Below are positions 24,345 through 37,100 of a stretch of DNA of 64,000 nt, in pieces; position 1 is the stretch's first letter; each line of letters begins with the position of its first letter. The notes under the pieces are model-generated. The model was not told where the DNA came from. It worked only from the letters and a program-made list of their open reading frames with translations, and did not search any database. The translations under genes were made by a program, and so were the position numbers. The DNA comes from Eledone cirrhosa (Eukaryota), in contig OZ024741.1 in assembly GCA_964016885.1 (NCBI GenBank), forward strand, positions 281,480,001 through 281,544,000, given 5' to 3'.

Positions 24345-24900
24345 ATTAATGTCCTTCAACCTCGGAAATAGGAAGAATTAGTAAAGATAACCTCAATAGA
24401 ATTATTCCTACAATCAAACAGAAAACTACACTTAACTTATGGAGAAATTCAAATAAAGTTATTGAGTTGTTTATTAAATTAGATAATAAGAATAATGTGA
24501 AATTTTTGCAATTTGATATTGATAACTATTATGCTTCTATTTCTTCTACCCTCATTGATGAAGCACTATCTATAGCTTTAGACCTTTCAAATATTACGAA
24601 ACAGGACATTGATAATGTCTTAGTAGCTAGATGTATTATTACTGAATTTAATGGTAGTTTTTGACTAGGAAAAAAAATCCTCCAAATAATTTTGACATTA
24701 TGATGGGTTCAAGTGACTTAGCCCAAGTAACTGATCTTGTGGGCTTATTTCTTTTTAATAAATCAAAAAGTAATTTCCTTAGCATGGGAATGGTCTGTAT
24801 AGAAATTATGTCCTATTTACCTTAAATTTTTTTTAGTAATTCTGCCTTTGAGTGAGTTTGAAAATACATGTATACATTCTTTAAAAGATACAACCTAACT
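24345..24900 (+). mobile_element. Degenerate Penelope-like element RT fragment
   Basis: PSTSEIGRISK, LNLWRNS, FLQFDIDNYYASIS, NFDIMMGSSDLAQVTDLVGLFL. Confidence 0.75.
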
Positions 24901-26727
24901 ATACACCTTGCACTTATGACTCTTTATTCCAAAAATAATTATTTTTGCTCTATTAATATGGTTTTAGGTTATACACTTCTTAGTAACTAGAACTTCTTGT
25001 TATTGATATTTTATAACTGAATTAAGCTTCCATAATTTTTGTATTGTTTTTCTTAATATATTCTATTAATGTTAATTTAATAATTATTGTTACTTAAATT
25101 AATAGCTATTATTAAACATATAAGCTCTAGTTGCATTCCTACAACACATTATATTTTTATTATCAATAAATTTTAATTGCATGTTTAGTCTTCCTTGAAG
25201 TTTTAACCTTTTCCCAACTGTATTTTAAATTTGTTGACATTTTTGGAATGGAGATGTTTGGACATGTGGTTGGTAAATAATTATGTTATTTATGTTGTTT
25301 AATAGATTCTGAAGAAACCATAACAGGAAAAAATGCATTTTTTTTTTACTATATTGATAGAAATGTTCTTAAATCAATTAAATAATTTAATGTAATTTAA
25401 TCATGGTTATTTTTATTTATTATATATGTTAGTCCCAAGTTCAATTGGAGGCAACCACAGTAAGTAAAGTACTTAATACATTAGTAGAGTATATACAAAA
25501 TTTAATATAGAAATGCCTTCCACAAGACTAGAACTGTTTCATTTAAAGGAAATTATCATGAAAGCCAACTTGCGTTATAATGTGGCTGGCAGTATCGGTA
25601 GAGGGTCAGACGCCATGCTTTCCAACAGAGTTATGTCCCGTTACGGTCTGAGTTCAAATCCTGCAGAGGTTAACTTTGTCTTTCATCCTTATGGGGTCGA
25701 AAAAATAAAGTACCAGTAATGCACTGGGTAATTACTGGCCTTGTGCCAAAAGTAGAAACAATTATTTATGTTTACTGGTGGGTGGGGAAGGTGGTGATTT
25801 TAAGGATAAGTAGAGGTCATTGGGTGATGAATTTTTTAGGGAACTGAGATTCTTTGAAAAAAACTATTTTTAGAAATATACAATTGATACAAAAACGAAG
25901 ATAAAGCAGGTTCATCTACACACTTAAATATCTTTAGCAGTGAGAGTGTGTGTGTGTGCTTGTGCGGACATGCGCCTACTATATATGTGAGAGTGTATGC
26001 AGCTATACATCCGAAAGCTATTAAATGGTGCAGCCTAGAGAAAAACAGGTTTGAATTTCAAGATTTGCATCCCAAGAGGAATGTAATCAAAAAATATAAT
26101 TTGCTAAGAGAAATAACTCAACTCCAAGATTTCCAAACTTGAATGTCTTTCAAAGCTGCCATCATTCTATCAACAAAAATATCCATTAATGCACAAAATG
26201 AAAAGGTGACAGATAGCCAATCAGATTAGTGAATGGTTCTTTTCATCACCCATTGAAATGCGCTTTTCTTCCGTCTGTCTTTCCATTTTGTATTGTTAAT
26301 GTGTGTATGACATTTTGTTGCTTACTGGTTAGAGTATTTGGCTCATGATCATAAAGTTGTGAATTCGATTTCCAGCAGCGTGTTGTGCCATTGAGGAAAA
26401 TATTTTATGCCACATTGCTCGAGTTCACTTTCCATAGAAACCACCTTGGTGATGATTGACAATTCACAGGAATGGGCCAAGAGGTATAAGTAACAGGGGA
26501 TGAGGCATGGAGAAGAATTAGTCTGACATGGAATAAACATATTGAAAGGTATTCTATGGTGAAAATTGTCTTGCAATGACAGGCTACTAGGATTGATGAA
26601 ATCCAAATTTATTTGAAAAATTTGACACTTTGGAGTTCAATCAAAGTTTTCAAGCTCTGTACAAATATAAGGGTATATCTTGGTAGAGATGAACAGTCAG
26701 GGTACTTCGCACAAAATCTGTTCGTAA

Positions 26728-27680
26728 GTCACAAGTGGCTCAGTGAAATATTGGCTCTGAAAAATGCGACATGAAATTGATAAATCAAGAGCTGTTTAAA
26801 ATAATTCCAGAGTTTTCAAAGCTCTATCAATCTGTTGACACTGTGGTGAAAGAGTTGGACACTGTCAATTACCCAATAGAGATCCTCATCTCTTTAGAAC
26901 CATCAGGAATGCTTCCACAAATCCTTGACCTTAAAGGAACACCCATCATGTTATTGAGGAATTTGGACCCACAAGGCTATTCAATGGCTCTTGAATAGTG
27001 AAAAAAATATATCCACATGTGATTCAAGCCACCGTTTCAACAGGATATGGTAAGGAAGAGTACGTGTTCGTCTCAGGAATTCCTCTGATCCCACTGATAT
27101 CCTATTTGAATTCAGATGACTTCAGTTTTCAGTGGGTCTTAGTTTTGCCATGAACATCAAATCACAGAGTAAATATTTTTGGTTGCTGGTTTGCAGCTTG
27201 AAGAGCTCCGTTTCACCCATGGTCAGCTTTATGTTGGATGTTCAAGAGTAGGAAGTAAGAAAAATCTTTACCAATTGGAAAAACAAAAAAAACATTGTTT
27301 ATCAAGAAGTGATAAATTGCCCCAAATAATGCAGAAATCCATTCTGATCAAAAGGCCTATCCATCAAAGAAGACTTCACTGAAGAGAGAAGAAAAATAAG
27401 AATTCCTTTCATGTATAAATCTAGATACTTTCACTCCTGATAAATCAGATTTATCTTACTATTTTAAAAATTTTTTTTTTTGTTAATTAGCTTATTTTTG
27501 CCATGTTCTTCTCACCCAACTCATCAGATAAACAAAATAAAGTCAGTTTTGGTGAAATCAACCTCCCAATAAGTAATGGCAGATTAAGCATGGGGAAGAT
27601 AAGGTCTGATATAGAATAAAAATAATTGGAAGAAAGGCATTCTATGGTGAAAATAGCCTGGCAATGATGGGCTACTACCC
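26728..27680 (+). mobile_element. Helitron remnant: PIF1-like helicase C-terminus and degenerate 3' terminus
   Basis: YPIEILISLEPSGMLP, GTPIMLLRNLDP, FAMNIKSQ, FTHGQLYVGCSRVGS, NIVYQEV; multiple frameshifts and stops. Confidence 0.85.
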
Positions 27681-27744
27681 TCAACTGAGCCATCAGAAGG
27701 ACGAGTTATCAAAATTGATAATTATAGGGTCAAAGAAACAATCA

Positions 27745-28312
27745 AGATGGAAAATGGTAAAGCCATGAGACTGTCTGAAATAGTCACTGAGATGTTGAAA
27801 GTAGCTGGGGAAGTAGGAGTTGATTAGTCACTTGCATAGCCAAGCAGGTAATACAAGACAGGGTCATACCCAATGATTGCTACAGCAGCATAATCATGAA
27901 TTGCTCCAAGGAAAAAAGGTGCTCTAGAAAGGAACAACTACAAGGGAATAAAACTAATGGCTCAAGTTAGGAAAATGACAGAAAGAGTTCTAGCACAACC
28001 AATTAGGGAAAGAGTCAAATTAGATGAGATGAAATTCCGTTTTGTGCCATGAAGGAGTACTACAGATGCTCAAGAGAAGTTCTTAGCTAAGAGGAAACCT
28101 CAATATCTAGATTTTGTTCTAGAGAAAGCCTTTGATAGAGTATCTCAATCGGTCATCTGGTGGTCCTTAAGGAAACTAGGTGTAGAAGAATAGCTTGTAA
28201 GAGCAGTGTAGGCCATGTACAGAGAAGCTGTAAGTAAAGTGAGAATGTGAAGTGAGGAATTCAAGGTACAGGTGGGTGTGCATCAGTGTTCAGTTCTTAG
28301 CTCACTTCTGTT
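27745..28312 (+). mobile_element. Highly degenerate RTE LINE RT-core fragment
   Basis: NYKGIKL, RSTTDA, LEKAFDRV, IWWSLRKLGVEE, FKVQVGVHQCSVLS. Confidence 0.75.
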
Positions 28313-29759
28313 TATATATATATTTTATATATATATATATATATCATCAGCACCGTTTTACGTCTATTTTCCATGCTAGCATGGGTAAGACGAGTTGTTC
28401 TGTTCTGAGCAATGCTGGGTCAGGTGACCATGTTTTGCTTATACAGGACTGATTCTGGCTTGGTTTCTACAGCTGGATGCCCTTCCTAATGCCAACCTCA
28501 TTTACAGTGAGTACTGGGTGCTTTATATTGTGTTTTGTTTGATATGCACTCTAATACATGTTCTATCTTCCTCTCTCACTCACCGATTGAATCGTACAAG
28601 TTGTGAAATTGATCGGTTAACACACATGGTTGGTCGAAATATCTCAATTTCGAATTCTAACCAGCACGCTAATTCTATATCACTGTCTAATCGCCTGTTG
28701 GCATTTAATGTCCAGAAAGGTTTTAGGCACTACCATTGTTACCGTTGCACTATTTCTGCCATGGTACTTGGAGACTGGAGCCGAATGTTACCATTTTATT
28801 GTACAGCGATTGGAGATTGATTTTTTTTTCTAATAACTGATTTTTTCACTCACTTGTTAATTTGTGTTTGAGATATGTTGGTGAGTGCTTATGGCTGGGG
28901 CAGAAGAATTTGAATTTCGACTCCATCACGTAAATTTCTGAACCAATAACCAATCGGTTGATGGCAGTATGATGATGCGTAAGAATTTCAGTTGCTAATG
29001 TACTACTGTGTCGCCTGTCACATTCACTTCCATAGCCGACAGACTGTATATGTATGTATATATATATAACCTGAATGCAGTATAGGGATGATATAATATT
29101 TGATATAACTACACCACTGAAATGCTGTGATGGACACATGGTAATGAAACCAGTAATGTAATACCCCAGTTACTGGCTGTACAAGCTGTAGGGATTTGAT
29201 TAATTGATAACTAAACCTTAATTGCAGTGTTCATGATAGCAGTAATACATAACTTATATTGTAATTATTATATCATTTTTGATGATATTTATTCATTAAC
29301 CTTTTCATTGCTGCATTTTCAATAAAAGATATCACCTGTAATCTTAATAATTCTAAAAATGTGTAAGAATTTTGAATGATATAGCTGGTGTTTGGAACAT
29401 AACATAAAAGATTTTACATGAAATTAAGATGAAATGTTTGGAAAAAATTGACCCCAATACTGGACTGGTATTTTTTTTTCATCAATCTCAAAAGGACAAA
29501 AAGCAAAGTTGACCTCAGGCAGATTTGAACTCAGAGAACAAAGAGAGTTGAAATGACTACTGCAAAGCATTTTATTTGGCGTTTTAACAGCTCAGCCAAT
29601 TCACTGCACCTGATGCCAGGTCACATTAGTATTGAGTTATTCCACTTTATTTATACTTTGTTGTTATATAGTTGCAGCTGTTGTCAACAGTCTATAAAAA
29701 GATTAGCTCTGACAGGAAGACATCTACTCCCAAACACAATACATTTCATTATCATACAC

Positions 29760-30315
29760 AGGGCAGTGGATTGGTAGCATCGGACGACATGCTTTGCAGC
29801 ATATAGTTACAGCCCTTCACGTTCTGAGTTCAAATTCCACTGAAGTTAACTTTGCCTTTCATCCTTACAGTGTTGGTAAAATAAAGTACCAGTAACACAC
29901 TAAGCTTGATTTAATTGATTTTATTCTCCATCAAAATTGTTGACCTTGTGCTTAAATTAGAAACCATTATTTGCCTTTCATCCTTGCGAGGTCAATAAAA
30001 CAAAGGCACTGGGGTCGATTTAATCAACTTTCCCTTCCCCCAAAATTGTTGGCCTTGTCCCTAAATCAGAAACCATTATCATATACATGCAAAGACAGAC
30101 AGTGGACTGGTAGAAACATTAGAGTGTCAAACAGTATACTTTATAGCAGTTAGTTGCAGCCCTTTATATTTTGAGTTCAAATCATGCCAAGGTAAATTTT
30201 TCCTTTCATCTTTCTGGGTTTGATAATATAAAGTACCAGTAAAACACTGGGTTGATTTAATCAACTTTCTTCTTTCCAAATATTACTGGCCTTGTGCCTA
30301 TGTTAGAAACAATTA
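29760..30315 (+). mobile_element. Head-to-tail cluster of three older Deu/Nin-like SINE copies
   Basis: Repeated gagttcaaat / gcctttcatcctt / ggccttgtgc..agaaaccatta modules. Confidence 0.8.
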
Positions 30316-30489
30316 CACATGTGCATGTACACAAACACATACAGACACACACTTAAAGTTTAGACAGAGAAAGTGCAGACACTATTAGGCACTGTAGTAA
30401 ATGTTTGAACTACTAATAAAATAAGAAAGTAATATCCATGTCATGTAACAGATATCCAGTGACTAAACATGGTTCTAATTTAGTTCTAA

Positions 30490-31050
30490 TAATGTACATT
30501 TAGTATATAAGGTATGTTATGATTTAGATATAGACATACATGCTTATATTGAAGAACTATATGGTTCTAATAATATAAGGTATGTTATAATGTAGGTATG
30601 GTTCTAATAATGTACATAAATTATGTTATAATGTAGATATGGTTTTAATAATATAAGGTATGTTATAATGTAGGTATGATTTTAATAATCTATATAAGGT
30701 ATGTTATAATGTAGGTATGGTTGTTATAATGTAGGTATGATTTTAATAATCTATATAAGGTATGTTATAATGTAGGTATGGTTCTAATAACATAAGGTAT
30801 ATTATAATGTAGGTATGGTTGTTACAATGTAGGTATGGTTGTTATAATGTAGATATGGTTGTAATGTATATATAAGGCATGTTATAATGTAGGTATGGTT
30901 CTAATAATCTATATAAAGTATGTTATAATGTAGATATTGTTATGTAGATATGGTTGTAATAATGTATACAAAGTATGTTATAATGTAGATATGGCTGTAA
31001 TAATGTATATAAAGTATGTTATAATAATGTATATAAGGTATAATATAATG
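30490..31050. repeat. Degenerate AT-rich minisatellite
   Basis: Recurrent tatgttataatgtaggtatggtt / aataatatataagg modules. Confidence 0.85.
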
Positions 31051-31117
31051 TACATATGGAGGACATATACGTCTGTATCAAAGAGCTGTATATACAGAAC
31101 AATGTTTATTTACTTAC

Positions 31118-31349
31118 CCTTATCAAAGAAGTCAGTTGTATAACAAGAAGTAAATGAAAAAGGGCCATCAAATGGTGATGGAGAGGTAACAGAGACTGGA
31201 GGTGACACATTGTGATACAAAGAGTAATCCATGCTCTGGCGTCTCCTGCTACAACAGGATGTGTTGTAGTCTTTCATGCAATGCATACTTGTTGATTTAA
31301 CGATCTTGTAATCAATGTATATGTTATTTTCTAGGTCAAAGATTCCCAT
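31118..31349 (-). CDS. neur: Probable upstream (N-terminal) coding exon of neuralized; the exon may begin further 5' at an acceptor (31466 or 31453)
   Basis: Non-repetitive ORF MGIFDLENN..SPPVSVTSPSPFDG..DFFDK ends at consensus donor AGG|GTAAGT (31117) in phase 1. G+TT joins in frame to the NHR exon (..FFDK-V-NNGSYSDYPLTFH..). Confidence 0.55.
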
Positions 31350-33277
31350 TTTCTTTCTCAGAGAGTCAAGATGACAGAAGGTTCTGCCCTTTTCATCACA
31401 CCCCCTTACAGATTTCCCGGTAGTATTATTTTCTGCAAAGTATTCAAAACTCCCTACACAAGAGAACTGTGTAGACAGTAGAAGAATTTAAGGAGCAATT
31501 TAAGTATTTAAGTATATCAATTGAGAAATATTAATAACAGGGTTTTTGATAATATTTACAATTCCATTTAATGGATTTTAGAGTGCAGTGGAGGCTTCCC
31601 TTAGCTGCATAATTTCACACAAACCTTCTCTTCCTGCTGATGGGAACTTGTATTTAATGCTGCCAACAATTGTAATAGAAAATTTAGTATAGTAAATAAG
31701 TGAAGATAATAGCTTTTCAAGATTCTGTATATAGTAATAACATTCCCACTACATGTGGCTATATGTGGAATAGTTGCAGTACAGCTCACTATATGTCCAT
31801 TCCATTAAACATTTTTGTGCATCATGATTTTTTTTTTTACTACAAACTTTTGAAATGTTTGTTTTGTTTTGTAATTGTATCCTTTATTGTTTTTTGTTTT
31901 ATTTATTTTTTGTTGTTGTATGTGAAAGTGTTAGCTAAAGGAAAGATATGAACTGCTTCAAGTGAAGCAGTAAGTGATGTAGCTGAATAACAAAAGTTAT
32001 TAGTAAAGTATATACGGGGTAGAGAGAATCAGCAAGGATGTACAAAGGAGAAGAAAGCAGGTCATTTAAAAATAACTACCAAAAAAATGTGTATAATGGT
32101 TAATATAGTGAGTTACTTGGCTTTCCACACTGCAATATTTTTATATAGAAAAATAAGCATTAAGTATACTTGTGCATTTCATACTTCTTACTCTCTCTAC
32201 CTCTCCTTAATTCCTGTATTTTCTGAGGTAATAATGAATGAGATTAGATGAGAAAGAAAAAGAAAGAGATAGAGAAAGGGAGAGAGAGAGAGATTAAAAA
32301 AATGCTACATTATATAAGTTATTGGTTTGGATCCATAGATTGATGTCAAGATTATATTTTGGCTCCAGTGTGATATTTTTGCAAGTAATTATATATCTAA
32401 GCAAACAATTTATAGTGTTGTATATACTAAGGTAGTGTACTTAACCGTTATACACACACCTTTAGCTATTTACATAAGAAGTTATCAAGAACATGTGCAA
32501 GGCAGAATGCTGGCTGCTTAAAAGAAAAAATTTAGGAAGTAAGATTATCCAGAAAAAAAAAAGAAAAAAAATCTCCGAAGACGAAAAGAAAAAAATACTA
32601 TCAATGACTACGGTCTTCAGCTCTGAGGTGAAGCTAAACTGCAACTCTGGAATTTCAAAGAAAATACACGCGCATCTATAATTGTAACTTCTTAAGAACT
32701 TTAGCCATTAATGTGTGTGTGAGTGTGTGACCATGGAACTTACATGAAGGAGTATATTTTAGAACTAAAAAAACACACCACACACATGAAACAAGGGATT
32801 ATACACATATTCACTAACTCGCTCTTATATATACACACACACACACACATATATATGCATATAATTATCTACACTAATTTATTTTAGTTAAAAGCATGTA
32901 AATATAAGACATGAAATAGAGAAGCAATTGGCAGCATATAAGACGCGTTATTTCAATAAGTTTACTAATATTTACTACATATTTTTTTTTTAAATGACAC
33001 ATTTTTATAGTTCTGGTGTATAATTCGATTAGAGTAATTCCAATATAGAAAACATTCATATTTCATTCAGTGGGTATTCAAGGTAAAGTAATTCTTGAGG
33101 TTATTAAATAGTTTAACGAAAGTTATCTCCCTTGAATTCGAAACTCGTTCACTATTAACGTGTACGAAGATTCTTTCTGATTTATTCGTTTTGAAACTGA
33201 ATAATAAAGAAAGAATTTCAGTAATTTTTCAAAACGCAAACAACAATTCCGAAAATTTGTAAAATTATCTATATTAA

Positions 33278-33317
33278 AGTGCACCTGAGCACTGTACACA
33301 ATAATTATAATTATTAT
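33278..33317 (+). mobile_element. Extreme 3' end of the CR1 family seen at 2141-4288
   Basis: agtgcacctgagcactgtacacaataatt versus agtgcacctgagcactttacacaataatt at 4248-4276. Confidence 0.75.
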
Positions 33318-33697
33318 CGGCAGTATCGGTAGAGCGTCGGACAACAGGCTTTGCAGCACAGAGTTACGCCCCTTTCTGATCTGAGTTCAAATCCTGCCAA
33401 GGTTAAATTTGCCTTTCATCCTTACAGGGTTGATAAAATAAAGTACCAGTAATGCACTGAGATAATTACTGGCTTTGTGCCAAAAGTAGAAACAATTATT
33501 ATCATTAGGCGGTGGATGGCAGTATCGGTAGAGAGTCGGACGCCATGCTTTGCAGCAAAGAGTTACGGCCCTTTATGGTCTGAGTTCAAATCCCGCCGAG
33601 GTTAACTTTGCCTTTTATCCTTACGGGGTCGATAAAATAAAAAACCAGTACAAATTGCTGGCCTTGTGCCAAAAGTAGAAACAGTTATTATCATTAT
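33318..33697 (+). mobile_element. Tandem pair of young Deu/Nin-like SINEs
   Basis: Two copies at 33318-33503 and 33508-33697 with A/B boxes and core. Confidence 0.9.
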
Positions 33698-33913
33698 GGA
33701 GTATAAAAAAAAAAATACAGTACACGTAAACAGACGGTTTCTGTCAATCAAAATTCACCCATGTGGCATTGTCTATTGTAGAGGACAACCGCCTAAAACA
33801 TCACAAAATGACAATGACCCAGAAATCACATAATTGCAAAGTGAACTCCTCCTTAACCAAATAGCCATGTCTATGCCTTTGGTTAACATATTTCCATGTA
33901 TTGACCAAATTAA

Positions 33914-34144
33914 CCCTTTTATGACAGCATTTCTAATGAAATACACACTATTTTAATTAATTATTGAAGAATTTTGAGGGATTTACTAAAATTATTAATT
34001 ATTTCATTACTAAGATAGTAACTTAATATAAAGTCCTTTTATAAAATTATGTTGGAAGCTTTTAATTTAAATTGGGAACCTTTAAAATGGGTAGTTCTTT
34101 TTCATAGACCCAGAGCTGGTTATGGCCGGGTGGTAACTAAAGGG
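33914..34144. mobile_element. TTAA-flanked MITE (piggyBac-like termini); related copies near 570-1237, 7724-7925, 16100-16607, 52340-52582, 60746-61752
   Basis: TTAA-cccttt ... aaaggg-TTAA; shared internal motifs atttctaatgaaatac and tataaaattatgttggaag. Confidence 0.75.
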
Positions 34145-34251
34145 TTAAATAGTCTTGCCTTTGCCTCTAATTAACATTGACCAAATTAAAATAAGTGAAG
34201 ATGATTCTAGCCAGATTCAACCTCAGAATATATAGAGGGAAATAAAATTAA

Positions 34252-34430
34252 ATAACTGTTTCTACTTTTGGCACAAGGCCAGCAAATACCCAGTGCATTA
34301 CTGGTACTTTATTTTATCGACCCCGTAAGGATGAAAGGCAAAGTCAACCTCGGCGGGATTTGAACTCAGATCGTAAAGGGACGTAACTATGCTGGAAAGC
34401 ATGGCGTCCGACTCTACCGATACTGCCAAT
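34252..34430 (-). mobile_element. Young Deu/Nin-like SINE
   Basis: Reverse complement is nearly identical to 11145-11322 (a 2-nt gap and about 3 substitutions). Confidence 0.92.
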
Positions 34431-34832
34431 AAGACAATCAGTCTAATACCCTATCACACCTTTGTCTTGCATTATCATAATAATGATTTCTAAGTCTTCT
34501 GATAACCAAATCAGCCTGGAAACCCCTCTGGTTATTTGATATAAGTCTGTTTGTTTTAAAGTGTTTATATCTATATAAAACCTTTCCATCATAATTTTAT
34601 GTAAGAACCTTTGTTATTTTATGTCCTATACAACCCTTGTTATATGATACAAACCTGTTTCTTGTAAAGTGTTTACATTTATCTAAAACTATTCCATCAT
34701 AATTTTATGTAAGAAACTTTCCTAAGTTATGCTCCAAACACCAAAAAAATAACAAGAAAGTTAGTTATATAACTAAATCCATATAAATTCTTAATAATTT
34801 TCAAAATTATTTGAAACTCACAGGTAGAGTAT

Positions 34833-37100
34833 CTCCTCTTCCTCCTTCACCCATTTATTCCTGAGGTCATGGGACTGAGTCCGCAACAGATCCACTCAGA
34901 AGCAACCATTTCCAATTGATCCAGCTAAATTACCAAGTGAGATCAGTTGATCTTATGGATGTTATCCAACCATCTTGCTTGAGGTCTACCCCGGGTCTCC
35001 TGACGATTGGTTTTGCTCGTAAAATCTGTCAGGCGATTCTTTCCTGAAACATTCTAACCATATGTCTATAGTATCAGAGCTGTGATCTCTCAATTTGGAG
35101 AAGTAGCGGTTCTACCTGAAATAACTCTCTGATCTCCGAGCTACGCAACCTATTGAATAACGTTACTCTAAAGACCCTTCGGAGGAATCCCATTTTGGCT
35201 GCTTGTGTCCGTGATCATATTCTTTCGGTCATTACCCAAGATTCATGACTATAGGTAAGGGTTGGCACGAATACCGAATTGAAGATAGCAAGTTTGGCTT
35301 TTATGCCAACCTCCCTTCTGATACTGAATGCTGAAGCTGGCACATTACTTCACCAGCTCCTGCAATTCTTACACTTAATCCAGCCTCTTGCCTGCCATCA
35401 CTCGTGAACACAGCCCTGAGATACTTGAACTTCTCTATCTGCTTCAGTGGAACTCCATTCACATGTAGAGTGCATTGCTCAGACTTCCTTGAGAGAAGGA
35501 GGGTCTCTGATTTTTATTCCAGCCATGCAGAACTCAGCAGCAAACCTATCATGTGCAAGTCAGAGATCACCTTCTGACGAGTTAAGTAATACCATGTTGT
35601 CTGCAAATTCCAGCCAACTGATTCTACACCTTCCAGTCATGATACTACTTCCTACATGGCTGCACATGACAATACTGTTCATGATCTTAATAAACAGGAG
35701 AGGTGACAGATTTTACAGGGGAGGCTTAACAAGGAGATCCCTTTATAATTGGAGCAATCTCTCTTGTCTCTCTTTTTGAAAATTGGGATTTGGATGCCTT
35801 TACCATTTCTGCTATGATTCTTCGTGCCTGCTTGTACAGCAATTGCAAAAAGATGGACCTATTTCAAAGCCAAGATTTGTAAGACTCCATCTTTGTTTGG
35901 CTGGCACCTTTGAGCTCTTGATTGAACCAAGAACTCCTCCTGCCATCCAGCACCACACCAAGCTTCTTTCACCTGCAGCATTTAACAGATGAAGCAGAAA
36001 CTGCTGAACTGAACAATCTCCACTCCGTTTCAAGATCCTCAGTTTGCTCAAGGAGCTCTCTGAATTTGGATTCAATAGTATCTGCATACCTGGACCTGAT
36101 TTCCTTATCCACCAATACTTCCCACTTTATCCTGAAGGTCAACCTGGACCCACCAGTTTTGTAGGCTTCTTTGACTTTTGGTAGTCTCGAGTTGCAGATA
36201 ACTAGATGGTGATCAGTTGACAGCTCAGCCCCTCTCTTAACACAAACATCCAGCACAGAATCAAAGAGATCAGAGTCAATAACAAAATCAATTATTAATC
36301 TCTGTCCATGATTCCCCTTATACCATGTATGTTTATAGATATCTCTGTCCATGATTCCTCTTATACCATGTATGTTTATGGATATCTCTGTGCTGGAAGA
36401 AGGTGTTCATAATAGAGAATCCATTACTAGAGTAGACGTCTAATAAGGCCTCACCATCCGTATTTAGATCAGGATTGCCGTTCCATCCAATTACTTCTTT
36501 CCATGGCAGGTCAACATGTGCATTGAAGTCCCTCATTAAGATGTATGACTCAGTCATAACTACATCTAATGCTGCAGTGACTTCACCGAGGAAGGATCTG
36601 TATTCAGACTCCTTGTTTGGTGCATAAACATGCACCACCCAGGGAGACCTATCTTTAAGAGGCAAATCCTCCCTTCTAATGGTACCCAATCCTTAACACA
36701 TTCTGATAGCTGGGGCTTGTGAGTATCCCCACTCCCACCTGTACATTCATTTTTGGCACCACACCTGAATAGTGGAATTTCTATCCTCCACCTAAAATCT
36801 ACAGTACCAGAGCCATGGAACTTTGTTGAGGAAACCTGACTATATCTAGCTTCCTCCACTAGTCCCTGTTCCTTACCTGTAAGGGATGTTATGTTCCATG
36901 TTCCAATTGTCAGGGTTTGCTCCCTTTCAAACCCCCTTTGGAGTTTCGGGATACACAATCTCCCAGGACAGGGCGCAGGTTTTTACAGCAGGAAATGTAG
37001 ACTGCAATATATTTTATATTTTTCGAACAGGCCCCTTGAACTACGGCCTAGACCCGTCCCTTGTTAACCTGCACAAAGCACAATGCAGTATGATTCTTTT
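34833..37100 (-). mobile_element. Degenerate RTE/Expander-like LINE with AP endonuclease and internal RT deletion
   Basis: LTIGTWNITSL, VYAPN, DFNAHV, IMNTFFQHR, IDFVI, LSTDHHLV; jumps near 35710 to LSPLLF..LEFADN..KFKYL..PTLTYSHESW; purine-rich tail. Confidence 0.88.
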
